Assembly (NCBI RefSeq): GCF_034638445.1
Contig: NC_132969.1
Location: forward strand, 319,423 to 383,422
Reading direction: 5' to 3'
Origin: Ciconia boyciana
Lineage: Eukaryota
Length of the DNA: 64,000 nt
In this document: positions 39,409 through 50,300 of the stretch, in pieces
Position numbering within the stretch: position 1 is the first letter of the stretch
How the letters are laid out: each line of letters opens with the position of its first letter
Translations under genes and position numbers: made by a program
The notes under the pieces: model-generated
Told to the model about the DNA's origin: nothing
What the model saw: the letters and a program-made list of their open reading frames with translations, nothing else
Databases searched by the model: none

Positions 39409-39813
39409 ATCGAGGAGGAGATGCTGGCGCTGCAGGCGGAACGTTCCGAGCGCATCCGGGGGCTGCTGGAACGCCACGCCCGCGAGATCGAGGCCTTCGA
39501 CGCCGAGAGCCTGCGCCTGGGCTTCAGCGGGATGGCTTTGGGGGGGCTGCCCCCCCCCGCCCCTCCCCCGCTGCCCCGCCCCTCCCGCCCCGTCCCCCGC
39601 AGCGGCTCCCATTGGACCCACGGCCCCCCCGACGCTCGCCGACAGCCCCCGCTCCTCGCCCCGCCCCCCTCTTTCGGCGGGGTCCTCCCAACCGGCGGGG
39701 GCGCCCTCCCCCCCCGCGATAGCCCCCAACCCCCGCGGAGGGGAGGGGGGGGAGGGGGAGTAGAGGGGGCGGCCCCCCACCTCCTCAATGGAGCCCATTT
39801 CCCCTATTCCTGA
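39409..39813 (+). CDS. TAOK2: TAOK2 coding exon 18 (terminal, with stop)
   Basis: Acceptor caccccgcAG. Translation [46 protein letters not shown]...[12 protein letters not shown]...[13 protein letters not shown] followed by TGA at 39811-39813. Compare the human end ...HILNGSSHFYS. Summed exon lengths give a 999-aa product in a consistent frame across all 18 exons. Confidence 0.9.
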   Translation: MEEEMLALQAERSERIRGLLERHAREIEAFDAESLRLGFSGMALGGLPPPAPPPLPRPSRPVPRSGSHWTHGPPDARRQPPLLAPPPSFGGVLPTGGGALPPRDSPQPPRRGGGGGGVEGAAPHLLNGAHFPYS

Positions 39814-40195
39814 AAGATTGGGGGGGGGGGGGTCTTGAAACCGACATTTGGGGTTTTTCGGGGGGGCCTGAAACCGCCGCTTGGGGAGGGGAGGGGGCCC
39901 CGAAACTGCCCCTCGGATGGGGGGTGGGGGACCCCGAAACCGCCATTTGGGGTCATTTTGGGGGAGGGGGCTTGAAACCGACGCTGGGGGTGGGGTGGGG
40001 GTGGGGGGGGCTTGAAACCGCCCCTTGGGCTCATCATGGGGGGCCCCCAACCCGCCGCAGCGCCAAGCCCCGCCCCCCCGGCGCCAAGCCCCGCCCTCCG
40101 TGCCAAGCCCCGCCCCCCAGTGCCAAGCCCCGCCTCCCCAGCCCGTTTTTTTAACGGGGGGGGGGAGGGGATAATTAACGAGATGTAACGAGAAT

Positions 40196-40201
40196 AATAA
40201 A
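40196..40201 (+). other. TAOK2: AATAAA polyadenylation signal, probable TAOK2 3-prime end
   Basis: aataAATAAAtgagg lies about 380 nt downstream of the TAOK2 stop. It is the only canonical hexamer between the TAOK2 stop and the CDIPT promoter. Confidence 0.55.
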
Positions 40202-40204
40202 TGA

Positions 40205-40647
40205 GGATGGTGATGACGTCACTGGCTCCGCCCACTTTGCGACGCGCCGAGGGGAGGGGAGGGGCCAGGAGGCCGAGGGGCGGGGCAGGAGGGCGTTAAT
40301 GAGGGGGGCTCATTAAGGGGTCGGGGAGGCCTGGGGGTGGGCGGGGTTAAATTACCTGCGTCATTAATTATTCATGCGGTTAATTATTAATTAACCGCCC
40401 CGTTGTCACGGCAACCGCGGGTGGGGGGGGGTGAGGCCTACTCGGGGTGGCCGCGGGGGATGCCGGGAAGCGCCGCCATGTTTGGAGTGGGCGGGTCCGC
40501 GCGTCGCTGATTGGTAGCGGCGGGGAGAGGAGGGGGCGGGCGCGGGGTCGTGCGCCTGCGCGGGGAGGTGCCGCTTCCTGTATCCCGTGGCCCCGGCCGG
40601 TCTTAAAGGAGCCGCGGCGGCTTTTGGGGGCCCGGGGGTGCGGGGCG
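40205..40647 (+). promoter_or_regulatory. CDIPT: CDIPT promoter / 5-prime UTR CpG island
   Basis: A perfect CRE TGACGTCA sits at 40214-40221 and GC boxes at ggctccgccc (40224-40233) and gaggggcggggc (about 40275). An inverted repeat TTAATGAG(gggggg)CTCATTAA lies at 40296-40316 and a TAATTA/TTAATTAA cluster at 40360-40396. The sequence is GC-rich up to the CDIPT ATG at 40648. Confidence 0.55.
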
Positions 40648-40693
40648 ATGGCGGGCGGCGAGAACGTCTTCCTCTTCGTGCCCAACCTCATCG
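40648..40693 (+). CDS. CDIPT: CDIPT coding exon 1
   Basis: Context ggcgATGg. Translation MAGGENVFLFVPNLI(G); compare human MPDENIFLFVPNLIG. Donor GTGAGG. Confidence 0.9.
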
Positions 40694-40694
40694 G

Positions 40695-41290
40695 TGAGGG
40701 ACTGGGAGGGACTGGGGGATACTGGGAGGGACTGGGAGGGGACTGGGGGATACTGGGAGGGACTGGGGGGACTGGGAGGGGACTGGGGGTCACTGGGAAG
40801 GGCAGGGGGGCGGTTTTGGGGGCTCTGGGGGGTTTGGGGTGGTGGGGGGGACTGGGAGGGGACTGGGGGACTGGGGGATACTGGGAGGGATTGGGGGATA
40901 CTGGGAGGGACTGGGAGGGACTGGGGGTCACTGGGAAGGGCGGGGGGCGGTTTTGGGGGCTCTGGGGGGTTTGGGGTGGTGGGGGGACTGGGAGGGGACT
41001 GGGAGGGACTGGGGGATACTGGGAGGGACTGGGAGGGATTGGGGGATACTGGGAGGGACTGGGAGGGGACTGGGGGTCACTGGGAGGGACTGGGGGACTG
41101 GGAAGGGCAGGGGGCGTTTTGGGGGGGGATTTGGGGGGTTGGGGTGATGGGGGGACTGGGGGATACTGGGAGGGACTGGGAGGGGACTGGGGTTACTGGG
41201 AGGGGACTGGGGGTCACTGGGAGGCACTGGGGGATACTGGGAGGCACTGGGGAGGACTGGGAGGGACTGGGGGGCGATGGTGGACAGGGG
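40695..41290. repeat. About 21-bp repeat (gggactgggaggggactgggggatactgggag), CDIPT intron 1 part 1
   Basis: Direct repetition. Related to the arrays at 44420-45170 and 59800-61780 (the actggga family). Confidence 0.8.
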
Positions 41291-42060
41291 TGCGGCGGGG
41301 GTAATGGGGCTATACTGGGCCGTACTGGGCCATACTGGGAATGGCACCGGGGGCGTGTATTGGGGTCTCTAGGGGTTCGGGGGTGCTGGGCCATACTGGG
41401 CCTTACTGGGCCATACTGGGCCATACTGGGAATGGCACCGGGGCGTGTATTGGGGTCTCTAGGAGTTCGGGGGGTGCTGGGCCATACTGGGCCATACTGG
41501 GAATGGCACCGGGGGCATGTATTGGGGTCTTTGGGGGGTCAGGGGGCGCTGGGCCTTACTGGGCCTTACTGGGCCATACTGGGCATGGCAGTGAGGGCGT
41601 GTGTTGGGGTCTCTGGGGGGTCAGGGGCGCTGAGCCATACTGGGCCTTACTGGGCCATACTGGGCCATACTGGGAATGGCACCGGGGGTGTGTATTGGGG
41701 TCTCTGGGGGTTCAGGGGGGCGCTGGGCCATACTGGGCCTTACTGGGCCATACTGGGCATGGCAGTGAGGGCGTGTGTTGGGGTCTCTGGGGGTCAGGGG
41801 CGCTGAGCCATACTGGGCCTTACTGGGCCATACTGGGCCATACTGGGAATGGCACCGGGGGCGTGTGTTGGGGTCTCTGGGGGTTCGGGGGGGTGCTGGG
41901 CCTTACTGGGCCTTACTGGGCCATACTGGACATGGCACCGAGGGCATCTGTTGGGGTCTCTGGGGGGTCGGGGGGCGCTGGGCCTTACTGGGCCATACTG
42001 GGCCATACTGGGCATGGCAGCGAGGGCGTGTGTTGGGGTCTGCGGGGGGGGCGGGGGTGC
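41290..42060. repeat. Higher-order repeat of about 175 bp built from ccatactgggccttactggg / aatggcaccgggggcgtgtattggggtctctgggggttcgggg
   Basis: The recurring aatggcaccggggg motif and identical ORF translations. Confidence 0.8.
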
Positions 42061-42084
42061 CCCGGGGCTTTGGGTGACCCCCAG

Positions 42085-42219
42085 GCTACGCCCGCCTGGC
42101 GCTGGCCGCTGTCTCCTTCTACCTGATGCCGCGGCAGCCGGGGCCGGCGGCCGCCTGCTACGCCCTGAGCGGGCTGATGGACGCCGTCGACGGGCACGTG
42201 GCCCGGCTGCTGGGCCAGG
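42085..42219 (+). CDS. CDIPT: CDIPT coding exon 2
   Basis: Acceptor gacccccAG, donor GTGGGC. Translation (G)YARLALAAVSFYLMPRQPGPAAACYALSGLMDAVDGHVARLLGQ(G); compare human YARIVFAIISFYFMP...LSGLLDAFDGHAARALNQG. Confidence 0.9.
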
Positions 42220-42224
42220 GTGGG

Positions 42225-43050
42225 CGGGGCCGGGGGCGGGGCCTCGGCAGGGCGGGGCTTGGCAGGGTGGGGCCCCGGGGAGGGGGGTGGGGGTATAGGG
42301 GTGGGGAAGGGGAGCAGGGGCTTGGAGAGGGGTGGGGCTTGGGGAGGGGTGGGGCTTAGGAAGGAGGCGGGGCCCAGGTGCATATGGGGGTGGGGTTAGG
42401 GGAGGGCGTTGCAGCTCTGGGGGCGGGGCTTGGCAGGGTGGGGCCCGGGGGAGGGGGGTGGGGGTATAGGGGTGGGGAAGGGGAGGGGTGGGGCTTGGGA
42501 GGGGTGGGGCTTAGGAAGGAGGCGGGGCCCAGGTGCATATGGGGGTGGGGATAGGGGAGGTGTGGTGTGAGTCTGGGGGCAGGGCTTGGGGAGGGGCGGA
42601 GCTGAAGGGCGGAGCTTGGGGAGGGGCAGGGCCCGGGGCATGTGGGGACGGGGGGTGTGGTGGTGCAGCTTGAAGGGCGGGGCTTGTGAGGGTGGGGCTT
42701 GGCAGGGGCGGGGCTTGGGGAGGGGTGGGGCTTGGGGAGGGGCGGGGTCCGGGGCGATGATGTATGGGGGAGGGAAGGGGATAGGCGATGTCTGGGGGCG
42801 GGGCTTGGGGCGTGGTCACAGAGAGGGGGCGGAGCTCCAACTTCCTCCCCATGGAAGAGGCGGGGCCCACCCCCAAGTCCCCACCCGCAGTGGGCGTGGC
42901 TGACCCTTAGCCCCGCCCCTCGGCCGGGCGCCGCGCTGGACATTGCCCCATGGCGGGAGCGGGGGGGGGGGGTGTCCTGCCCCATAGCGGCTCCCTGCCC
43001 CGCCCCCGGTGGTCCCGCCCCCCCGTGGGCGTGGCTGAGCCTTGTCCCCG
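42225..43050. repeat. G-rich repeat (ggggcttggggaggggtgggg; about 155-bp higher-order unit), CDIPT intron 2
   Basis: aggaggcggggcccaggtgcatatgggggtgggg recurs at about 42361 and 42519. Confidence 0.75.
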
Positions 43051-43057
43051 CCCCCAG

Positions 43058-43211
43058 GCTCGCGGCTGGGCGCCATGCTGGACATGCTGACGGACCGGCT
43101 CTCCACCATGTGCCTCCTGCTCAACCTGGCCCTGCTCTACCCCGCCGCCGCCCCCCTCTTCCAGCTCAGCATGGCCCTCGACGTGGCCAGCCATTGGCTG
43201 CACATGCACTG
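43058..43211 (+). CDS. CDIPT: CDIPT coding exon 3 (CDP-alcohol phosphatidyltransferase motif region)
   Basis: Acceptor cgcccccAG, donor GTGGGC. Translation (G)SRLGAMLDMLTDRLSTMCLLLNLALLYPAAAPLFQLSMALDVASHWLHMH; compare human TRFGAMLDMLTDRCSTMCLLVNLALLYPGATLFFQISMSLDVASHWLHLH. Confidence 0.9.
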
Positions 43212-43214
43212 GTG

Positions 43215-44170
43215 GGCGGGGCTTGCGGGGGCGGGGCGTGCTGGGGGGCGGGGCCTCGGCGGGGTAAGGGGGGGCTGGGATCAGGGGCTGCCCTGGGGGG
43301 GGTGTGTGTGTCTGGGCGAGGGGCGGGGCTTGATGGGGAGGGGCGGGGCTTGGGGAGGGGGCGGGGCTTGGGGACCCTGGGATATGGGGGGCTGCACTGG
43401 AAGGAAAGGGAGGGGGCGTGGTCTGGGGAGGGGGCGGGGTTTGGGAGGGGCGGGGCTTGGGGACCCTGGGATATGGGGGGCTGCACTGAAAGGAAAGGGG
43501 GGCGTGGTCTGGGGAGGGGCGGGGTTTGGGGAGGGGGCGGGGCTTGGGGACCCTGGGATATGGGGGGCTGCACTGAAAGGAAAGGGTGGGGGCGTGGTCT
43601 GGGTGAGGGGGCGGGGCTTGATGGGGAGGGGCGGGGCTTGGGGACCCTGGGATATGGGGGGCTGCACTGAAAGGAAGGGGGCGTGGTCTGGGCGAGGGGG
43701 CGGGGCTTGTAGAGGGGGCGGGGCTTGGGGACCCTGGGATATGGAGTGGTCTGGGCGAGGGGCGTGGTCTGGTCTCAGGGTGTGGTCTGGGCGAGGGGCG
43801 GGGCCTGGGGTAAAGGCGGGGCTTGGGGATGGGGTGGGGCTTGGGAAGGGGAGGAGCCTGGGGTAGGGTGTGCAGTGGGGGTGGAGCTTATCCTCGGAGG
43901 CGTGGCCTTATCCTCGGGGTGGGGCCTTATCCTGGGGGCGGAGTGTTATACTTGGGGCGGGGTCTTATCCTGGGGGCGGGACCTTACCCTTGGAGGTGTG
44001 GCCTTATCCTCGGGGGCAGGGCCTTATCCTCGGGGGCGGGGCCAGCTGTCTATACCTTGGGGGGGGTGATGTGTGTTTCTCCCCTCCTCCCCCGGGTGGG
44101 GCGTGGCCGTGGGTGGGGCCGGTGGCGGGGGTGTGGCCGCGTGGGCGTGTCCTCGCCTGACCCCGCCCCC
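43215..44170. repeat. About 105-bp repeat x5 (ggggaccctgggatatggggggctgcactgaaaggaaaggg) followed by a 16-bp repeat x8 (gccttatcctcggggg), CDIPT intron 3
   Basis: Direct repetition. Confidence 0.8.
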
Positions 44171-44178
44171 TCCGGCAG

Positions 44179-44260
44179 CACCACCCTGCAGGGAGGGGAG
44201 AGCCACAAGGCGGTGGGGGGGGAGGTGCACCCCCTCCTGCGGCTGTACTACGGCTCCAGG
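44179..44260 (+). CDS. CDIPT: CDIPT coding exon 4
   Basis: Acceptor ctccggcAG, donor GTGAGT. Translation (C)TTLQGGESHKAVGGEVHPLLRLYYGSR; compare human SSVVRGSESHKMIDLSGNPVLRIYYTSR. Confidence 0.85.
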
Positions 44261-44337
44261 GTGAGTGGGGAGGGGAGGGGGTGGGGGTGGGGGAGGGGGT
44301 GACCTCCCGCCCCCCCTTGACCCGCCCTCCCCCCCAG

Positions 44338-44419
44338 CCCCTCCTGTTCCTGCTCTGCGCCGGCAACGAGGGGTTTTACTGCTGCCTCTACCTGCTGCAC
44401 TTCGGGGAGGGGCCGCCCG
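44338..44419 (+). CDS. CDIPT: CDIPT coding exon 5
   Basis: Acceptor ctcccccccAG, donor GTGAGG. Translation PLLFLLCAGNEGFYCCLYLLHFGEGPP; compare human PALFTLCAGNELFYCLLYLFHFSEGPL. Confidence 0.9.
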
Positions 44420-45170
44420 GTGAGGGACTGGGGGGACTGGGACGGACTGGGAGGGGACTGGAGGGACTGGGAGGGGACTGAGGGGACTGGGGGGACTGGG
44501 GGGACTGGGAGGGAACTGGGGGTACTGGGGGGCTGGGAGGGAACTGGGGGGCTGGGAGGGGAACTGGGGGGACTGGGAGGGGACTGGGAGGGGAACTGGG
44601 GGGACTGGGAGGGGAACTGGGGGGACTGGGAGGGGCTGGGAGGGGCGGGGAGGGGAACTGGGGGACTGGGAGGGAACTGGGGAGGACTAGGGAGGGACTG
44701 GAGGGGAACTGGGGGGGACTGGGAGGGACTGGGAGGGACTGGGGGGACTGGGAGGGACTGGGGAGGGACTAGGGGTCACTGGGAGGGGACTGGGAGGGAG
44801 TGGGAGGAACTGGGAGGGATTTGGGGGGAACTGGGGGGCACCGGGTGGATCCGGGGTTGATTGCGATGGGGTGGGGGGGAACTGGGAGGGGACTGGGGGT
44901 CACTGGGGGGAAACTGGGAGGGACTGGGGGAACTGGGAGGGGAACTGGGGGGACTGGGAGGGGAACTGGGGGGGACTGGGAGGGGCTGGGAGGGGACTAG
45001 GGGTCACTGGGAGGGGACTGGGAGGGACTGGCGGGAACTGGGAGGGATTTGGGGGGAACTGGGGGCACCGGGTGGATCCGGGGTCGATTGCGACGGGCGG
45101 GGGGGAACTGGGGGCACTGGGGGGCACCGGTTGGAACTGGGAGAGACTGGGAGATAGCGGGGCGGGGGAG
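44420..45170. repeat. About 21-bp repeat (gggactgggaggggaactgggg), CDIPT intron 5
   Basis: Direct repetition filling the whole intron. Confidence 0.85.
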
Positions 45171-45200
45171 GGAGGTGCTGAGCCCTCCCTCCCCCCCCAG

Positions 45201-45352
45201 TGCTGCCGGGGGGGCCGGGGCTGTTCCGGGCCGGGCTCTGGCTGGGGACCCCCCTGGCCGCGCTCAAGGGGGGGCTGAACCTGCTGCAGCTGGGGGGGGC
45301 CGCCCGCCGCCTGGCCGCCATCGACGCCGCCCAGCGCCCCAAAAGCAGCTGA
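45201..45352 (+). CDS. CDIPT: CDIPT coding exon 6 (terminal, with stop)
   Basis: Acceptor cccccccAG. Translation (V)LPGGPGLFRAGLWLGTPLAALKGGLNLLQLGGAARRLAAIDAAQRPKSS followed by TGA at 45350-45352. The six exons sum to 651 nt, giving 216 aa (human CDIPT is 213 aa). Confidence 0.9.
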
Positions 45353-45387
45353 GGCCCCGCCCCTCCCCCACCCCCCCACTGCACCCC

Positions 45388-45393
45388 AATAAA
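45388..45393 (+). other. CDIPT: AATAAA polyadenylation signal of CDIPT
   Basis: ccccAATAAAccggg lies 36 nt after the CDIPT stop. Confidence 0.6.
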
Positions 45394-45449
45394 CCGGGCT
45401 GCTGCCCAGCCCCCCCTCTCTCCGCCCTCCCCCCCCCAAACCCCCCGTG

Positions 45450-46450
45450 CTTTGAGTGTTCAGGGGTGGGAGGGGGGGGAGGGGCAGCGCCGGAAGGGGG
45501 AGGGGAAAGCACTTGGGGAGGGGAAAGCTCTTGGGGGAGGGGCAGCGCCGAAAGGGGGAGGGGCGGCACTCGGGGGGGGAAGGGGAAAGCTCTTGGGGAG
45601 AGGGGAAAGCTCTTGGGGGAGGGGCACCGCCAAAAGGGGGAGGGGCGGCACTCGGGGGGAGGGAAAGCTCTTGGGGGGAGGGGCACCGCCAAAAGGGGGA
45701 GGGGCAACCACTTGGGGAGGGGAAAGCTCTTGGGGAGAGGGGCAGCGCCGAAAGGGGGAGGGGCGGCACTCGGGGGGAGGGGCAACCACTTGGGGGAGGG
45801 GAAAGCTCTTGGGGAAGGAGCGGCACTCGGGGGAGGGGCACCGCCTGGGGAGGGGAAACCCTTGGGGAGGGGCAATCCGTTCGGGGAGGGGCAACGCCTT
45901 CGGAAAGGGGACACCCCAAAATGGGGGAGGGGCAACTCTGGGGGAGGAAACTCCTTGGGGAGGGGCAGCGCCTTCGGAGATGGGACACCCACAAAATGGG
46001 GAGGGGCAACGCCTTGGGGAGGGAAAATCTTGGGGAGGGGCAACACGTTGGGGGAGGGGCACCCCCAAAATGGGGAGGGGCAACGCCTTGGGGAGGGGCA
46101 CCCCTTTGGGGAGGGGCAGCGCCTTCGGAGATGGGACACCCACAAAATGGGGAGGGGCAACCCCTTGGTGGGAGGGGCAACGCCGTGGGGAGGGAAAATC
46201 TTGGGGAAGGGGCAACCTCTTGGGGAGGGGCAGCACGTTGGGGGAGGGCAAGCCCTTGGGGGAGGGGCAGCGTCTTCGGAGATGGGACACCCACAACATG
46301 GGGAGGGGCAACCCCTTGGTGGGAGGGGCAACGCGTTGGGGGAGGGGCACCCCAAAATGGGGAGGGGCAACGCCTGTGGGGGAGGGGCAACGCCTTGGGG
46401 GAGGAGGGGTTGTGTGGGGGCAGGGGGGCCAGGGATCCCTCCCCCCCCCA
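45450..46450. repeat. About 40-bp repeat (ggaggggcaacgccttggggaggg / ggagatgggacacccacaaaatgg) downstream of CDIPT
   Basis: Direct repetition in the CDIPT-PRRT2 convergent intergenic region. Confidence 0.8.
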
Positions 46451-47200
46451 ATTTTGGGGCTCCCCAGCAGTTGCGGGGGGAGGGGTCCCCAAATGGACTC
46501 CCCTAGAGGGGAGGGGCCCTGAAAGGGGGAGGGGCCGAGGGGGTGTGACGCTGGAGGGGAGGGGATCCCTCCCCCCAAATTTGGGGGCTCCTCTCCATGC
46601 AGCAGCCTTTATTGCCATGCGCCGATACAAACCAGGGACCCCCCAAAACACCCCCTCCCCCACCCCCAAAATCTTCCCCACCCCCACCCCATTTGACCCC
46701 CCAAATTTTCGGGGGGACCCCAACCCCCACCCCCTTTTCAAGCACACCCCCCCAGCGTGCGACAGGGTCCCCTCCCCCCACAAAAACCGTGCAAAAATCC
46801 CGGGGGGACACCCCCAAATTTCGGGGGGACCCCCCCAAATTTAAAGGGGCCCCCCAAATGAGGGGACCCCCCAAAACAGGGCCGCCCCCTCCCCCAATAA
46901 CAGTCAGGGTGGGGGTGGGGGTGAATTGGGGAGGGGCGGTAAAGTGGGGGCCACACCCCCCCAAATTTTGGGGGTTCAGGCAGGCAGAGGGGGCCCCCAT
47001 TTCAGGACAGACGGACGGGGGGGTCCCCCAAAATTGGGGGAGGGGCAGGTGGATGTTGCCCCTCCCCCTTTTTGTTTCGGGGGGTCCCCCAATTTTGGGG
47101 GTGCAGGCTGACGTCACCCCCCTTTTTTTGGTCGGAAGGGGGTCCCCCGATTTTGGGGTGCAGCGGGCGTGGGGCCCCCCGGCTCCAGGACGGACGGACG
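46450..47200. repeat. Short-unit repeat (ggggtccccccaaattttgg family)
   Basis: Alternating C-run/G-run/T-run units, the same family as 26100-27360. Confidence 0.7.
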
Positions 47201-49090
47201 GACGGCGGGGGAGGGGGTCCTCACTGAAAAACTGGGGGGGAGGGAAGGTCAGGTTGGGGGAGGGGCAGGGATTTGGGGGTCCCCGATGTTTGGGGGGCCC
47301 CACGGGGGTGGGGGGGGTACCTGGGGGGAGGGGTTTTGGGGTCCCATAGGGGATTTGGGGGCCCCAGGGATTGGGGGGGTCGGGGGGCAGGGGGGTTGGG
47401 GGGCCCCAGGGGGGTTGGGGTCCCATGGGGGGTTGGGGGGGGCAGGGATTGGGGAGGGGCAGGGGCTTTTAGGGGCCCAGGGGGTTTGGGGGTCCCCGAT
47501 GTTGTGGGGGGTGGGGGTGGTTTGGGGGGTGGGGGATGGGGGCTTTGGGGGGGTGGGGGAGGTTTGGGGGGTTGTTTGCGGGGGTGTTTTGGGGGCTGTT
47601 TTGGGGGGCGTTTGGGGGGTGGGGGTGTTTGGGGGTGGGGGTGTTTTGGGGGGCTGTTTTGGGGGTTCAGGGGGTTTGGGGGTGGGGGTGTTTTTGGGGG
47701 CTGTTTTGGGGGTTCGGGGGTTTGGGGGGTGGGGGTGTTTTGGGGGTGGGGGTGTTTTGGGGGGCTGTTTTGGGGGGTCTGGGGTTTTGGGGGTTTTGGG
47801 GGTGGGGGCTGTTTTGGGGGCTGTTTTGGGGGTCCTGGGGGGTTGGGGGGTGTTTTGGGGGTTGGGGGGATGTTTGCGGGGCGTTTGGGGGTGTGGGGGT
47901 GTTTTTGGGGGGCTGTTTTGGGGGTTCGGGGTTTGGGGGGTGGGGGTGTTTTGGGGGTGGGGGTGTTTTTGGGGGGCTCTTTTGGGGGGGTCTGGGGTTT
48001 GGGGGTTCTGGGGGGTTGGGGGGTGTTTTTGGGGGCTGTTTTGGGGGGTTCTGGGGTTTGGGGGGTTTGGGGGGGTGTTTGGGGGTGGGGGGTGTTTTTA
48101 GGGGGCTGGTTTGGGGGTTCTGGGGTTTTGGGGGGTGGGGGTGTTTTGGGGAGCTGGTTTGGGGGTTCAGGGGGTTGGGGGGTGGGGGCTGTTTGGGGGA
48201 GCTATTTTGGGGGTTCTGGGGGGTTGGGGAGTGTTTTGGGGGTTCGGGGGTTTTGGGGGGTTTGCGGGGGTGGGGGTGTTTTGGGGGTGGGGGGTGTTTT
48301 GGGGGCTGGTTTGGGGTTCTGGGGGAGTTAGGGGGTGGTTGGGGGTGTTTTTGGGGGGCTGTTTTGGGGGGTCTGGGGTTTTGGGGGTTTTGGGGGGTGG
48401 TGGCTGTTTTGGGGGGCTGTTTTGGGGGTCCTGGGGGTTGGGGGGTGTTTTGGGGGGTTGGGGGATGTTTGCGGGGGCGTTTGGGGGGTGGGGGTGTTTT
48501 TGGGGGGCTGTTTTGGGGGTTCGCGGGGTTGGGGGTTTGGGGGGTGGGGGTGTTTTGGGGGTGGGGGTGTTGGGGGGCTGTTTTGGGGGTTCTGGGGTTT
48601 GGGGGGTGGGGGTGTTTTGGGGGCTGGTTTGGGGGTTCTGGGGGGTTGGGGGTTTGGGGGGTGGGGTGTTTTGGGGGGCTATTTTGGGGGTTCTGGGGTT
48701 TGGGGGTGTTTTGGGGGTGGGGGTGTTTTTGGGGGGCTGTTTTGGGGAGTGTTTTTGGGGGTTTGGGGTTTGGGGGTGGAGGTGTTTGGGGTGGGGGGGT
48801 GTTTTGGGGCTGGTTTGGGGTTCTGGGGTTTTGGGGGTGGGGTGTTTTGGGGGGCTGGTTTGGGGGTTCGGGGGGTTGGGGGTTTGGGGGTGGGGGTGTT
48901 TTGGGGGCTATTTTGGGGGTTCTGGGGGTTGGGGGGTGTTTGGGGGGCTGTTTTTGGGGGTTCAGGGGGTTTGGGGGTTGGGGGGTGGGGGTGTTTGGGG
49001 GTGGGGGTGTTTTGGGGGCTGGTTTGGGGGTTGGGGGGTGTTTGGGGGCTGTTTTGGGGGTTCTGGGGGTGGGGGTGGGGGTGGTTTCGG
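47200..49090. repeat. G/T-rich minisatellite (gggggtgttttgggggctgttttgggggttctgggg)
   Basis: 1.9 kb of direct repetition abutting the PRRT2 donor at 49108. It is C/A-rich on the PRRT2 sense strand. Confidence 0.85.
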
Positions 49091-49108
49091 GGGGTGGGGC
49101 GCACTCAC

Positions 49109-49241
49109 CGCCGAAGTTGATGGCGCAGGAGGCGGCGAGGAGCAGGGCCCCCCCCAGCAGGGCCACCCCCGCCAGCAGCTTGGCCACGCGGCCCAGGCGC
49201 CGGGCGCCCTCCACGTCCCCCTGCTGCCGGCTGTGCCGCGG
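49109..49241 (-). CDS. PRRT2: PRRT2 coding exon (second dispanin/CD225 transmembrane helix)
   Basis: Minus-strand acceptor tccggcAG and donor GTGAGT (plus-strand gcactcac at 49101-49108). Translation [44 protein letters not shown](G). Compare human PRRT2 [44 protein letters not shown]. The exon ends in phase 1, so a short terminal coding exon (human VYK-stop) should lie downstream but could not be placed inside the C/A-rich repeats. Confidence 0.75.
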
Positions 49242-49244
49242 CTG

Positions 49245-50300
49245 CCGGACCCACGGCTGACCCACGGCTGCCCCACGGCTGCCCCCCGGCGCCCCACGGC
49301 CGCCCCACGGCCGCCCACACCCAAGCCGTGGCCCAGCCCCGGTGGGTCTCCCAGCCGGCCCGGGCTGACCCACGGCTCGCCCGCGGGCGCTGCCCCATAG
49401 CTGCCCCACGGATACCCCGCGCTGACCCGTAGCTGCCCCACGGACACCCCATGCTGACCCATAGCTGACCCACGGACACCCCACGGCTGCCCCACGGACA
49501 CCACGTGCTGACCCATGGCTGCCCCACGGACACCCCATGCTGACCCATAGCTGCCCCACGGACACCCCACGGCTGCCCCACGGACACCACGTGCTGACCC
49601 ATGGCTGCCCCACGGACACCCCATGCTGACCCATAGCTGACCCACGGACACCCCACGGCTGCCCCACGGACACTCCACGCTGCCCCATGGCTGCCCCACA
49701 GCCACCTTGCACTGACCCACAGCCAACCTACACTGACCCATAGCTGCCCCAGACACCCCACGCTGACCCACGGACATCCCATGCTGCCGTATAGCTGCCC
49801 CACGGCTGCCTCACAGCAGCTGCCCCACAGCTGCCCCACAGCCACCCTGCACTGACCCACAGCCAACCTACACTGACCCACAGCTGCCCCACGGCCATCC
49901 CACACTGACCCACGGCAGCTGCCCCACGGACACCCCATGCTGACCCATAGCTGCCCCATGGACACCCCACGCTGACCCACAGCTGCCCCACAGACACCCC
50001 ATGCTGACCCATAGCTGCCCCACAGACATCCCACACTGACCCGTAGCTGCCCCACAGCTGCCCTATGGCTAACCTATGCTGACCCACAGCTGCCCACGGC
50101 CATCCCACACTGACCCACGGCAGCTGCCCCACGGACACCCCACGCTGACCCATAGCTACCCCACGGCTGCCCCACAGCCATCCCATGCTCACCCACAGCT
50201 GCCGACCCACGGCAGCTGCCCCACGGCAACCAACCCACAGCTGCCCCACTGCTCACCCACGGTTGCCCCACAGCCACCCCACACTGACCCATAGCTGCCC
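49245..50300. repeat. About 32-bp minisatellite (ctgccccacggacaccccatgctgacccatag), PRRT2 intron
   Basis: Direct repetition starting directly at the PRRT2 exon acceptor. Confidence 0.85.

Noticed and set aside
35905-39722. Long plus-strand ORFs (828, 665, 550, 459 and 418 aa) full of GFWGSPEGF / RDFGVLQ text
   Set aside because: These are translations of the 21/60-bp minisatellite in TAOK2 intron 17. The same peptide recurs in three frames because the unit length is not constrained to 3n. Only the last 405 nt (39409-39813) is real coding sequence (TAOK2 exon 18), with a clear acceptor.
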